The notes: generated by a model from the letters alone, not told the origin. A stretch of DNA of 64,000 nt from Octopus vulgaris (GCA_951406725.2 OX597815.1:193068001-193132000); one strand, 5' to 3'. Positions 45,465-59,234 are shown, counted from the first letter of the stretch. Made by a program: numbers and translations.

Positions 45465-45846
45465 CTAGCAGTATCGCCCGGCGTTGCTCAGGTTTGTAAG
45501 GGAAATAACTATAAAGCATTTTTAGAGAGTTATAGCCAAAAAATAGCAAAAAAATGGAAAAAAAATGATGGTAAATTTTTTTTGAGAGTTAAAAAAGGTG
45601 GAGTTGCGTCCCCTAGACGGTCTGTGGTTTGGGTTTCTGATTCTCGACCCCATGTCGAATTTATCGATTTTTTTCAGAACTGGGGGAACTTTTCAAAATT
45701 TTCGCTGCGTTAGTTTTGAATTATGACATTGGGCTATGTGTGTGTCAAGTTTCATCAGAATCGGTTGAAAGCCGTGGTCAGGGTGAGGGTACGAGAAAAC
45801 AGACACACAGAAAACGCACAGACAAACTGCCGTTTATATATATAGA
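45465..45846 (-). mobile_element. Non-autonomous Helitron
   Basis: Minus strand A|TCtatatatataaac ... cctgagcaacgccggg hairpin, cgatactgCTAG|T; no TSD; absent at the homologous site in copies A and B (~6230). Confidence 0.85.
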
Positions 45847-45889
45847 TATATATATATATATATATACACGCATATATGTATGTATATAT

Positions 45890-45933
<44 letters not shown>

Positions 45934-46565
45934 TATTTACATTATTATATTATTGAACGGCACGCATTATCTTAAAAATTCTGACGCGCACTCTACAATC
46001 TATTTACTCTTTCGTTTTTCTCTCTTTCTCTCATTTATTCTTTTACTTTCTCTTCTCCCTTTATTCTATCATATCACTCTTTCGTTTTTTCTATCTTCCT
46101 TTCTCCCCTTCTCCCCCTCTTGTTTTTTCCCATTTATCCGATCTCCAATTTTACCTCTCTCCTTCACAGTTCTCTGTCTGTCATTCTCTCCCTCTCAATT
46201 TATCCCTTGCTCACGTGGCTCCCAGGTGACCATCGGTCATCTTTCTTCTCCTAACTTCTGTTTCTTTCCTTCTCTCCGTTGTAGCTGGATCAGGAAGCCG
46301 TGTTCTTGTCTGTCTCCTGTCCAAGCTTGATTTACGCGTTCACCACCACAACCTCGCTTAAGCTTAGCAGCCATTCTTGTTTGTTTTCACGATCCTGTTT
46401 GAGTTCCAATTTTGACCCTCTACAAACCCCCCACATTTTATTCAATTTGCTTTGCGGGAGCAACTGCATTATCGAAAGTATATCTTGTTGTTAAATGCTC
46501 GAAATAGGAGAATATTTCATATTCCATGTTGTACACGTTTCGTGACGTCCTGTTCCCACATATGC

Positions 46566-46632
<67 letters not shown>

Positions 46633-46699
46633 ATATGTATATATGTATGTATATATATACGTATAGATGTAAGTATGTAAATATACGTATGTATATATG

Positions 46700-46761
<62 letters not shown>

Positions 46762-47354
46762 TATATTACTATATTAATTCAGATAGATAGATAAATAGAG
46801 AGTTGGTAAGGATATAAAATTAATTGATTTACATACCGCCAAAATAAAGCCTACGTATGTTTCAATTCAGTCTAACTTATAAATGCCAACTTAATTGGAA
46901 TACATGAGAAAATTAGAATAAAATAGCATTTTGAATAATATTGAATAGAATCCCACCAGGGCTAGAGTGCAACAGAAATAGCTACTTGTTGATGGATTGG
47001 AATTTATCAATACACAAAGAAATTTCAAGAAACATATATCTTTATTGTGTGTGTATGCATGCTAATAGTTTTTAAAAAATGATATTAAAAACTAAAAATA
47101 TAGTATAAGGCTAAAAAATAAAAATAAAGACCAAATGATTAATATACATTATCTGTGTAATTTGTATTGGTTTACATAATCAATGTATATTGCTACCTCT
47201 TTTACTCTCTTTTACACTCTTTTACTAGTTTCAATCTTTTGAGTGTGGCCATGATGGAGCACCGTCTTTTAGTAAATGGATCGACACTAAGATTTATTCT
47301 TTGTAATCTTAGTACTTATTCTATCGGTCGCCCTTTTCGTATCACTAGTTATAC

Positions 47355-47419
<65 letters not shown>

Positions 47420-47499
47420 TTTGCAACACACTTTCTCTCCGTTTCACGAGGACTCAGTAAAAAATTAATTAAACAATATATACTTTTTTAAAGCGTTAA

Positions 47500-48170
47500 C
47501 AGTCATCATTCCCCTCTATGTCCTCTTTTCATTTGTCAATGAGCGTTTTAATGCCGTCATCACAAAATCCCTTAGGTTTTCAAGAGATAAAAAAATTAAC
47601 TCATTTTCGACTTCTGTTCTTCAATTAAGTCTTAATCAACTCAAATGAATCCTTAATCTTCTAAAGAGTTGGTAATCTGCAGATTCGATGTCTGGAGAAT
47701 ATGGTGGGTGGTGCATAATTTCCTAGGCATATTTTTCTAGATCTTTGGCATGTTGTGCAGCATGAAATCTAACGTTATCATATTAAATGTGATTCCTTCT
47801 TGGTTTGTTTAAGGCGGATGTTTTGTTACGAAATCTGTTTTCAACAGCGTTAGCTGTTGGTAATTTACATCGGCTGTTATTGTTTGATTATCGTCTAGTA
47901 ACTCGTAATGAATTATTCCACGCATATCCCACTATACATTCAGAACCTTTCTTATATATTGGCTATATCTGGGATGCTGAGCTGGCTTTTCACCATGGCT
48001 GAACCATAGACGTTTCACAGTAATGACTCTCTTCATAAAATGTATTTTCACCTCTCAAGATCGCAATGACACACAGTAGTTGATGTAAAGCAATGACTTT
48101 ACATCAATGATGTTTCAAGTTTCAAGTCTTCCCAGATGTCATAGTCATCTGATATATTTCTTTTGTATTT
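47500..48170 (-). pseudogene. mariner transposase remnant (related to 25600-25975)
   Basis: EIMHHPPYSPDIESADYQLF; aligns by eye with the 25.6-kb remnant. Confidence 0.75.
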
Positions 48171-49819
48171 GTGCTGTGTACATTTAAGTTTCAGTTAAGG
48201 TACTTGAATTGAAGTAACTACTTCTGAAAATTACATTCGAAGCCCATATTTTAAGCCTATATGAAATAATTGAAACCACGGTCTTCTTATTTTTTCTTAT
48301 GGACTTATCAGGTAAAGAATATATGAACGCATTATATTTTACATTAGCTAAATTGGCTAGAAACATCGATGCAGTTGAATCCCGATTTAAACAGATTTCA
48401 GTAGTTCTGTAACTGTGTAGTTTTATCAACCTTTCAGGAAATTCCAAGTAAGTTTGCATGAAACTACATTGTACCGAGTTAGAAAATGAAAGGACAGATA
48501 TTATGAAGTTTGAAAAGATATACGAGGAAATAGTCAGTAGCATTTTATTCCCTTTTTTATTCACCTTATATCCACTACAAATGTATGATAACTGTTCAAT
48601 CTCTGAGTAACTATCTAGAATTTAAATTAACCGTTTTGAAATACCTAAAACTGTTTGAAAGGGACTTAATTTGTTTATTAGAGTCATAAGGTGTTTTAGA
48701 CACTACTTACAGTCAACTGTAACTCCTGATTAATTGCACTTCATGTTGAATGATGCTTTATTTTTGGCAGTAGTAAGTCCCTGCCTGGATTCGAACCATC
48801 TCACGTCGATTTAGATCTAAGACTCACAACCTAATTATATTACAATAAAAGGCATGACTCTCACGTAATTGTTGACCGACCAATCAACATCGGTTGGCAT
48901 GTATCACTCTACTGTGGCAGACATGAACGAACAGTTATCTAAGCTCCCCGCAAAATTGTACTCTGAATGCTCTCGTCGTTTTGTCATAATTTATAAAAAG
49001 TTCGCTAATTGAACCTCACATCTGAGCCATCGCAGATTCTCTACAGAACTTTGTCATTTGGTTTTGCCAGTAGTACTTCCCAGCTCATCCTTATCCATAC
49101 ATAACATACACTGAATACACCTCTGCTAAAAATACATATCTTCATATTTTAATGTCGACATATAAAACACTGATATATCATTTTGTATATCTGCTTTAGC
49201 TTCTTTCTTATCTACTATATCTACTTTCTTATTTATTATATTTATAAGATTGATGGTCATATATCACGCTAAAAATTTAACAAGAACCATGTTTTTATCC
49301 TTGTAAAAACGTTTTTTTAATATAATACAGATCTACAAATCTACTTTCTACATATTTAATACATAAATTATTTAAAATTACCTGCTCGCTTGCCTTAATA
49401 CAAAGAATATTTATTTATAGAGGAGGTATGATTTACTGTAACCATCAAGAGCGTTAAAAATATAAGTGAAATTAAATCTTCGGTTTCAGGATATAACTCG
49501 TAAAACCACATTGCTGTATTGACTTCCCAGAAGTATATTCTTTGTACAACATTGGTATCTTACATAATCACGCGTGTAAACCATATCTTTTATCTTACTT
49601 TCTATCTATGGTCTACCCTTATCTCAGTAACGATATAATATCACTCAGTTGTCTGTGACTGAGTACACCCCACGATGTAAACGATCTTAAGTAACACTCC
49701 AAGTCGACTCACGTAGTCTTGCTCATTGTATGGTCTTGTTTCACTTTTGTATTATCTTCCTTTATAATACCGACTTTTCTTCGTAAGCTAAGTTCCCACC
49801 GTATCACGGGAAGACATAG

Positions 49820-50700
49820 GGAAACCAAAGACCCAAACGAAGTTATAAACCAGAAAAGAGAATAAAAATTATCCGACTGGCAGAAGAAGGCGTTTGCATG
49901 GTAGATTACCAAAGATAATTGCAACAAATTGTAGGAGTGAGACATGGTTAAGGTTGCACAAAGGAAAGCTGAAAAAGAAGACACAGTTTGTTAGTAGCAG
50001 CACAAGACCAAGCTTTAAGGGCTAATTGGATAAAAGCCAAAATAGACAACATCAAGTAGATTGCAGATGAAGGTTATGCCAATCAAAAGAGAAAAGCGTT
50101 ACTCGTATAGTAAGTGAATGTAGCATGCTCACACAGAAAGAATACAAGAAAAGACATGAAAACCTAGGAAAGATAATCCACTGGGAGTTATTTAGCAAGA
50201 TAGGATTTGAACATACTGATAAAGGGTATGAACAAGGACCTAGTAAAGTACTAAAATGTAAGAAATACAAGATTCTGTAGGACTTTAACATTCAGACTGA
50301 CAGAGTAATAGAAGCTAGAAGGCTTGATTTAATAGTAGAAGATAAAGAGAATAGAAAATGCCAGATAACTGACTTCACAGTCCCAAATGATGAAAACGTG
50401 AATGTGAAAGGTATAGAAAAAATAGCAAAGCACCAGGATCTAGCCACTGGATTACAGAGAGTATGGAAAGTGCGGATAAAATGTATGCCAGTAGTTATAG
50501 GAGCATAGGGAACTATCCTTAATGATTTGAACAAATTGATAGGGGAAATAGGCTTAGAACCTAGTTTAGTACAGCTCCAGTACAGCCCCAGAAAAGAGTG
50601 TTATCAGGAACAGCAAGGATACTTAGGAGGGTTCTTGGCATCTAAGGTTACTTGCTGTAGTCCGATGTTAGAATTTTATTTCCTTTCCAACACTCAAATA
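49820..50700 (+). pseudogene. R4/Dong LINE 3' remnant
   Basis: AAQDQALR, RLCQSKEKSVTRIVSEC, EYKKRHEN, DFNIQTDRVIEARRLD, PVVIGA. Confidence 0.85.
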
Positions 50701-50779
50701 TTTTGTGTGTATATGAAAATAATAATAACAATAATAATAATACTTTCTACAAAAGGCATAAGCCCTGACATTTGAGCTT

Positions 50780-51130
50780 CACTGATACTTAATAAATCGA
50801 CCCCGAAAGGATGAAAGGCAAAGTCAACCTCGGCAGAATTTGAACTCAGAACATAAAGACAGACGAAATACCGCTAAGCATTTCGCCCAGAGTGCTAAAG
50901 TTTCTCATATTTTTTTTTGCCCACAAGGGGCTAAACATAGAGGGGACAAACAAAGATAGACAAAAGGATTAAGTCGATTACATAGGCCCCAGGGCGTGAC
51001 TGATACTTAATTTATCGATCCCGAAAGGATGAAAGGCAAAGTCGACCTCGGCGGAATTTGAACTCAGAACGAAGCGGCAGACGAAATACCGCTAAGTATT
51101 TCGCCCGGCGTGCTAACGTTTCTGCCACCT
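50780..51130 (-). mobile_element. SINE family 2, partial tandem dimer
   Basis: Repeated ccgaaaggatgaaaggcaaagtc...gaatttgaactcagaac block. Confidence 0.8.
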
Positions 51131-51154
51131 AACAGCTTAATAATAATAATAATG

Positions 51155-51236
<82 letters not shown>

Positions 51237-51239
51237 TAG

Positions 51240-51745
51240 CATTGAAATAGTTGACGAACCTCAAACCACTGCCACCAAACAAGTAAAATGGATCAAGCAG
51301 ACTGCAAAAAAGAACAGGCAAGAACAAATTGTGGAGCGGTAGAGCCAGATTCCTCTGTATGGGTAGTATATACTACGAAGTGAAAATGTTGATGATGATC
51401 CAGCAACAACCCATAAGTGGCTGAGAAGTTCAGGACTGAAAGCAGAGACTGAAGGTGTCTTATTGGCAGCACATGATCAAAGTCTGCTCACAAAAAAACC
51501 ACCAAGCTAACTAACGTTCTTCAAAACGGTTCTGATCTAAATGCAGATTCTGTGACATACTTGACGAAACAATAGACCGTATCATCTCGGGATGCCTTGT
51601 GCTGACACCAAACGAATGCAAAAATCGACACGAGAGGGTAGGACACTACTTAAAATGGAAAATATGTAAACACTACAAAATTCTGCACTCCTGCTTACTT
51701 GTATGAACATCATTCTGAGCTAGTTGTTGAAGGTAAAAATGTCAT
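51240..51745 (+). pseudogene. R4/Dong LINE remnant after (AAT)n
   Basis: SGLKAETEGVLLAAHDQSL, CRFC...ETIDRIISGC, RHERVG, WKICKHY. Confidence 0.8.
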
Positions 51746-52189
51746 TCGTAACGTAGGTTTAACAACATCGTTGCGCACAAAAACGGGATTCTAAGAAGTA
51801 AAGCTCCCTTCAAGGCAGAGCTAAATATGCAGTTGTCAAGTAGGTAAGAGGTTTTAAACAGGAGCTATATATTCAAAATTGGTAAAACTAAAAATTGTCG
51901 AGGATAAATTAAATTTATTATTGTTACTGAATATGTTAGTGTTATTTAATTTCTGAACGGTTTTGCTGCCGTTTGTTTATGTAGTTTCAGTTCTTTATCC
52001 ACTAGTTTCTACTAAGATAGAGACATGAGTAAAATTAATAACAGGGAAACGAAAATAAAACTTCGGAAACAGCAACGCCGCCGTAGCTTACGTGGAAACC
52101 ATGAGCGTGTTTTCAAGGGAGTTAATCAGGGAAAGACTTGTAAAGTAAAGTAAATATAACAAATGATCCAGAGTCCTTGTCCGATACCA

Positions 52190-52625
52190 TATGGCTGTGT
52201 GGTAAGTAGCTGGCGTAGGAGTGGCTGTGTGGTAAGTAGCTTGCTTACCAACCACATGGTTGCGGGTTCAGTCCCACTGCGTGGCACCTTGGGCAAGTGT
52301 CTTCTACTATAGCCTCGGGCGGACCAAAGCCTTGTGAGTGGATTTGGTAGACGGAAACTGAAAGAAGCCAGTCGTATATATGTATATATCTATGTATATA
52401 TATATGTGTGTGTGTGTTTGTGTGTCTGTGTTTGTCCCTCTAGCATTGCTTGACAACCGATGCTGGTGTGTTTGCGTCCCTGTAACTTAGCGGTTCGGCA
52501 AAAGAGCCCGAAAGAATAAGTACCGGGCTTCCAAAGAATAAGTCCAGGGGTCGATTTACTCGACTAAAGACGGTGCTCCAGCATGGCCACAGTCAAATGA
52601 CTGAAGCAAGTAAGAGGAAGAAAAG
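52190..52625 (+). mobile_element. SINE family 1 with duplicated 5' tip
   Basis: tggctgtgtggtaagtagct occurs twice, then the full body. Confidence 0.88.
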
Positions 52626-52644
52626 GAAAGGATATGTATGTATG

Positions 52645-52699
<55 letters not shown>

Positions 52700-52752
52700 A
52701 GAGAGAGAGAGAGAGAGGGTGGGTGAGAGAAAGAAAGAGAGAGGGATATATG

Positions 52753-53991
52753 CATACATGCAGGAAATAAATAGACACCTTTAATTTTCAAAATTTGTGA
52801 TCTAATCGTCTTAATGTTTTCAGCGGTGTAGAATTTACAATGTAATTATTCTTTTTCATTCCAGATGCCATTATATTAAATATTTGCGAAGAGTAACCAT
52901 GCCACGCAGAAAAATATTCAGCAGAACTGTCAGATTTTCAAAGAGGTCGTAATTAGAGGCTGGTCTTAGCCAGCGAAAAATTGCCGAAATTCCTCTTGCT
53001 ACTGTAAATAGAATTATAGTGCAATTCAAAAGCCAAGGAAAAGAATCAACAGATTCTCGTTACGGCCGACCTGGGTCCTTGGAAAGGAAACTTCCCTGTT
53101 TGAAGAGAATTGTGGAAAACGAACCCCGTTCGAATGTTTCTGACATTACAAAACAGCTAGAAGTTAGTCCAAAAACGTGTGTTACATATCTGCATAAGCT
53201 TGAATATTATGGAAGAGCCGCTGGAAGAAAACCTCTCCTTCAACCAAACAATATCATGAAAAAAAAGAAATGGATTAAGGAGATGTCAGAAAAATCCAGT
53301 TCATTTTGGGATAGAATGATTTTCTCAGATAAATCCAGATTTGCACTATTTTCAGACAGTAGTCGTTATTGGGTCTGGAGGCTTTTCAATCAAGAATTTC
53401 ATTTGAAACAACTCCAACCAACTGGGAAACATGGCGGTATCTCTGTAATGGTATGGGGAGCTGTCACCAGCAATGGTCGTTCTGAGCTGATCGAATGTGT
53501 TGGAACCATAAGCTCTGAAAAATACATCGAATATTTAAGCAATGTATTCACAAGATAACATAAGGAAAAATGAGTTTTTATTCATGGAAGATGGGGCTTC
53601 ATGCCACGCAGCGAAAAGGAATCAACAATGGCTGAGTGAAAATGCGATCAAAAAGCTTCCTTGGCCGAGCCAACCTTCTGACATGAACCCAAATGAAAAT
53701 CTTTGAAGCATACTAGTTAGAGCTATAGGAAAAATTCGACAGAAACCTAAATCAAAAGACGAATTACTTCGATTGTTGTGTGAAAAGTGGGCAGAAATTC
53801 CACAAGAGACAATCACAAAGCTCATCAGTTCAATGCCAAAAAGAGTTTCTGAATTAAAAACTGCAAAGGGAATGTCAACTAAATACTAAAATATGCAGTC
53901 CTACCTATCGATTGCATTTCAATTGTTCGCTTTGCGTATTACATAAAAGATTTTCAAAATTAAAGGTGTGTATTTACTTCCTACATGCCTG
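52753..53991 (+). mobile_element. Near full-length Tc1-family DNA transposon with defective transposase (52899-53889)
   Basis: ~42-bp imperfect TIRs (catacatgcaggaaataaatagacacctttaattttcaaaat / attttcaaaattaaaggtgtgtatttacttcctacatgcctg), TA at the right end; GRP, RKPLL, IFSDKSRF, SVMVWGA, MEDGASCH, WPSQPSDMNPNENL. Confidence 0.9.
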
Positions 53992-54080
53992 TATATATAT
54001 ATTTAATGTAGGATAACATTTTTTATCAATGGCCAGCATATTAAAAATTACCTTTAAAGGTTAAATTTATAAACAACTTA

Positions 54081-54657
54081 TAAATAATGGCAAACGAAAA
54101 AATTTCTAATGCCAAATATGCCGAAATTAGACACCTTGTCCATAACCATATAATTTTTCACAATACACACGCTACTCAAAAAAGGTCGACAGAAATTTCT
54201 AAAAAATTCCATTATTACCATATCGGACCGATTTCAGGGTTTGTTCATAAGAACCCTCCCTTTGTCAGTGATAAATGTGGCAAAGAAATAAATGAGATAC
54301 TTACTCATACCCATGGAAGAAGCAAACACTAAGTCATGAGCACAATTAAGTACCCCAAATATACTTAATTGTGGTACTTGATTGTGGGGTACTTAATTGT
54401 GCTCATGACTTAGTGTTTGCTTCTTCCATTGGTATGAGTATCTCATTTATTTCTTTGCCACATTTATCACTGACGAAGGGAGGGTTCTTATGAACTAACC
54501 CTGAAATCGGTCCGATATGGTAATAATGGAATTTTTTAGAAATTTCTGTCGACCTTTTTTGAGTAGCGTGTGTATTGTGAAAAATTATATGGTTATGGAC
54601 AAGGTGTCTAATTTCGGCATATTTGGCATTAGAAATTTTTTCGTTTGCCCTTATTTA
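54081..54657. repeat. ~575-bp fold-back of a PLE-like terminal repeat, one hammerhead per arm
   Basis: 54081-54357 is the reverse complement of 54385-54657 with few mismatches; 27-nt spacer. Confidence 0.93.
54464..54523 (+). ncRNA. Type I hammerhead ribozyme, intact core (mirror copy 54215-54274 minus has CTGACAA)
   Basis: TTATCA CTGACGA AGGG...CCCT GAAA TCGG t CCGA TA TGGTAA: all three stems pair; AUA triplet. Confidence 0.85.
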
Positions 54658-55504
54658 GAATAGAGCGTGGTTAGGGCATCGGGCTCATAAGCATGAAGCA
54701 GTGACTTCGATTCCCAGACCGGGATGTGTGCTCTGTGCTTGAGCGCAACACTTTACTTCCCATTGCTCCAGTTAACTCAGCTGTAGAAATGAATTGCGAC
54801 GTCACTGGTGCCAAGCTGTATCAGCATTTATCTTTCCATAGTGCAATATCGGTGGCATGGAGAAGAGTGGTTGGTATGCATGGGCGACTGCTGGCTTTCT
54901 TTAAGAAAACCTTGCTCGGACTTTTGCCTTAGAGGGTAAGTTTCTATGTGTATTCCTATGGTCATTCATGGCCAAAGAGTGGGACCCCCCTATCCTATTT
55001 ATGTGGCGAGGAAGTATTAGAATATTTCTTTTATTGGGCGCACACTCAAAGAGAAGAAAGTAATCCTGGTGAGAAAAAGGAAGCCGTATTTCTTGGTATT
55101 TAAATTGCTCATGAATAAATATTCGCAATTTCCTCTTAACGTACTTCAACACTCTTTTCATCAAACATTATTTTACCAGCCATTCTTCGATATTTATAAT
55201 TTAACGTATTTTCCACGCTACTCTAATAGGTTTTATGAAATTTTTCATTTGTATTCACTCATATACTTGTTTATTGACACTGAGTTGTGATGCAGAGAAT
55301 TTGTAAACCAGTCTTTCTGCAGAGCTGGAGATTTCAGAGAAACAAATAAGCTAGCTAACTGCAACTCTATGAATGCAGTCTGTAAGTGGGACCGTAAAAA
55401 TATGCGAGAAACGATGGGGTTTGTGTCTTTGTTAGAAACCAGTTCCGTTCTCAGAGGAAGAATTGAGATAATAAAAACAGAAGAGAACATACATACATAC
55501 ATAC

Positions 55505-56057
55505 ATGGTGGCTGCCCCCTCGTTATCGAGTATGGCCATTGCGCGAAGCTTAATCATTGTTGTTATCGTGCAATAACTGTGCAAGAAGATTTTTTTTTAA
55601 GTGAGGAAAGGCTGTGCACCGAGTCATTCCCACTCACTAAGCAACAGCAGCCATAATCCGAAAAGAAGAACAAGTCAACATCATCGGTAACCACTGAGCC
55701 GCAGATTTTATGTTGGAGTTATCCCAGTTTCCTGAGTTACCTTCTCCTAGAAGGATACCCTAACAAAGGCTAGGAGTCCTTCACTCCCAATGGTTTAACC
55801 GCGCGATCGGGTATTCAGTCCGATTATTTCTATATCCCCGCGCATGATCCAGCCTTAAGGCATTTATTGGATCGCCGTTGACTCTTAAGAGTTCTTCCGC
55901 CCTTTGATGGGTTTTGTTTTTCATCCGGCAGGGTGTCCAATAAACACCCTCCTCACCAAGCAAGCTTGGTGGGGTTGCCGGTTTAGTCGCCGACGACCCG
56001 ACCATGCAACATGTTGTACTTGGTTACATGTTACCAGTAGCACTCAAAAGTGACCTG
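55505..56057 (-). mobile_element. Second copy of the ~555-bp putative RTE-derived retroposon, inside (CATA)n
   Basis: Reverse complement of 22799-23356. Confidence 0.7.
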
Positions 56058-56372
56058 ATACTGCACATACATACATACATACATACATACATACATACAT
56101 ACATACATACATACATACATAAATACATACATACATACACACATACATACACACATACTTGCTTGTGTCTCCTGAAATAAGTCTACACCAATTTTCAAAA
56201 GCTCTTTGCGAGGAAAGATTCGGGGAATGTCATAAAACCATACATTTTGTTTGGCCATTAAATACTTGCTATCATTGTTTGACCTTATGTAAGTCGCGCT
56301 GAAAAACCATATGAAGCCTATATAAATACTCTCACCGTTGAAGAGGTGTCAATAAATAGATAAATAGATAGA

Positions 56373-57337
56373 AGGCGGCGAGCTGGCAGAAACGTTAGCA
56401 CGCCGGGCAAAATGCGTTGCTGTATTTCGTCTGCCGCTACGTTTCGAGTTCAAATTCCGCCGAGGTCGACTTTGCCTTTCATCCTTCCGGGGTCGATAAA
56501 TTAAGTACCAGTTACGCACTGGTGTCGATGTAATCGACTTAATCCCTTTGTCTGTCCTTGTTTGTCCCCTCTGTGTTTAGCCCCTTGTGGGCAGTAAAGA
56601 AATAGGTATTTCGTCTGCCGTTACGTTCTGAGTTCAAATTCCGCCGAGGTCGACTTTGCCTTTCATCCTTCCGGGGTCGATAAATTAAGTACCAGTTACG
56701 CACTGGGGTCGATGTAATCGACTTAATCCGTTTGTCTGTCCTTGTTTGTCCCCTCTGTGTTTAGCCCCTTGTGGGCAGTAAAGAAATAAGTATTTCGTCT
56801 GCCGTTACGTTCTGAGTTCAAATTCCGCCGAGGTCGACTTTGCCTTTCATCCTTCCGGGGTCGATAAATTAAGTACCAGTTACGCACTGGGGTCGATGTA
56901 ATCGACTTAATCCCTTTGTCTGTCCTTGTTTGTCCCCTCTGTGTTTAGCCCCTTGGGGCAGTAAAGAAATAGGTATTTCGTCTGCCGTTACGTTCTGAGT
57001 TCAAATTCCGCCGAGGTCGACTTTGCCTTTCATCCTTCCGGGGTCGATAAATTAAGTACCAGTTACGCACTGGGGCGATGTAATCGACTTAATCCCTTTG
57101 TCTGTCCTTGTTTGTCCCTCTGTGTTTAGCCCCTTGTGGGCAGTAAAGAAATAGGTATTTCGTCTGCCGTTACGTTCTGAGTTCAAATTCCGCCGAGGTC
57201 GACTTTGCCTTTCATCCTTCCGGGGTCGATAAATTAAGTACCAGTTACGCACTGGGGTCGATGTAATCGACTTAATCCGTTTGTCTGTCCTTGTTTGTCT
57301 CCTCTGTGTTTAGCCCCTTGTGGGTAGTAAAGAAATA
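56373..57337 (+). repeat. SINE family 2: one head plus five tandem ~184-bp body units
   Basis: gtatttcgtctgccg recurs at 56422, 56606, 56790, 56973 and 57155. Confidence 0.95.
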
Positions 57338-57996
57338 AATAGATAATTTGTTTTACAAACGTTGATTAATTCACGCTTCATAAAATGATATGACCGTTTG
57401 TGTTTTAACATGATACGATATAGTTTCATACAAATATGCATGGAATTTGTTCATAGGCTGAGCAACTACACAACATTACCATTGAAACGTAAAATCAACT
57501 GAATCGATCTCTATGGTCAATTTAGGTCATGTTGAATGTAATGCTCTCATTCCTTCCACACCTGACCTCTCCACCATAAAACAGACCATAATTCAATATT
57601 TCGTATGGATCTAAAATTAAAGTAATTTCCAAAAAATAATTACTTTACTTTCAAGTACATTAACTAAACCTTAAAAATACCTAACAAAGGGAATATACAG
57701 CGTTTGGATATACAGCTGTTGTTTACGTGTAAGCTGTTCATGCACTGTTTATATGCTGCAGGGTAAGTATTTCGTATATAAAACTGTTACACTCCTTAAA
57801 GCAATCTCTTCCCACGACAAGTGCGTTAACCTGTCTGGTTGCTTATATAGTTACTGCTAACTATATGAGCACAAGTTCGCACAAAGAGGAGTACTACTAC
57901 TATTGCGAGAAAAGCGAGTAGGATTACGAATATTTTCGGATTTTACCATTTCAATATATTATCACTAGCTGCACGAAGCAGCGGAGATACACAAAC

Positions 57997-58006
57997 ATGG
58001 AAGCCA
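57997..58006 (+). CDS. First coding micro-exon (M-E-A plus 1 nt) of a plus-strand dispanin-like paralog candidate
   Basis: cactag|ctgcacg...acaaacATGGAAGCCA|gtaagt; phase 1; possible upstream UTR donor gg|gtaagt at 57763. Confidence 0.68.
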
Positions 58007-58399
58007 GTAAGTATACGTTTATGAATTTTCGTAAGTCCTCACTATATATATCTCCTTCTATAACTCTTTTTGTAAACACACTCCATGATTCGCTCAATAA
58101 GGTATTAACAAAATTCGAATTTTCCGTCCTGTCGCTTCACGCACGGTAATTAAAGACTAGTATAAAGTCGCTTGTAATCTACGCAGGACTAACTGACCCC
58201 CAACTTCAACAAGCTTCTCTGCGCTCCTGCTACGGTTTCCCTTCCCCAAAATAGATGTATCCACCTCTTACTTCCTCAAACTGACCATCATCTTCTACAC
58301 GAGTCTCTGAAAGTGTTCGTTTATCTCGCGAGCAACAAGTGCATATATACATGTATATATGTATATGTACATATATATATATGAATATACATATATATA

Positions 58400-58622
58400 A
58401 ATCCTTAAATCCTTAAAAATGTTTCAGCCCGAAGGCGTCGGCCATGCTGGGACACCACCGTTGAATGAGCTACACTAGTATGTGAAACCACCTCTGATAC
58501 GTGGCACTTGATCAACAAGGGAGTCCGATGCCGCTGCCCGCATCTGTTTCCTGCCGAGAGGTAGGTTCATCTGGGACCCCCGACAAGAAGAGATCCAGTT
58601 TAATTTTAAAGAAACTTACATG
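58400..58622 (-). mobile_element. CR1/L2 LINE 3' terminus
   Basis: FKIKLDLFLSGVPDEPT, then ggtggtgtcccagcatggcc...gaaaca and (tttaagga)n tail. Confidence 0.75.
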
Positions 58623-58624
58623 TA

Positions 58625-58688
<64 letters not shown>

Positions 58689-58861
58689 TATATAGATATA
58701 TATATACATATATGTGTATATATACACATATACATGTATATATATATACATATATAATTACATATATGTATATATACGTATATATATACATATATATGCA
58801 TATAAATCTCTATATATACATATGTACATATATATGTATTCATATATATATATATATACTT

Positions 58862-58938
<77 letters not shown>

Positions 58939-59189
58939 CCACGGCCTTCTTTCAGTTTCCGTCTACCAAATCCACTCACAAGGCTATAGTACAAGACGCT
59001 CGCCTTAGGTGCCACGCAATGGGACTAAACCTGGAACCATGTGGTTGGTAAGCAAGCTACTTACCACACAGCCACTCCAGTGAACTTACGTGCACACAAA
59101 CATTCGATCACCATAAGCAAATCATCCGTGTGCTTGTTCGGCAATATTTTGCCGAATCTTCATGCGTCGTCGAACGAATGGTGCGACCA

Positions 59190-59234
<45 letters not shown>

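Larger units (their letters stand above)
37250..47190. repeat. Segmental duplication copy C (near-identical to 45228, diverged beyond; garbled 41040-42518)
   Basis: Colinear with copies A and B; extra PLE and Helitron insertions. Confidence 0.88.

Noticed and set aside
56373-57337. Regular repeat array resembling CRISPR
   Set aside because: Units are whole SINE bodies with no unique spacers; eukaryotic context; no cas genes
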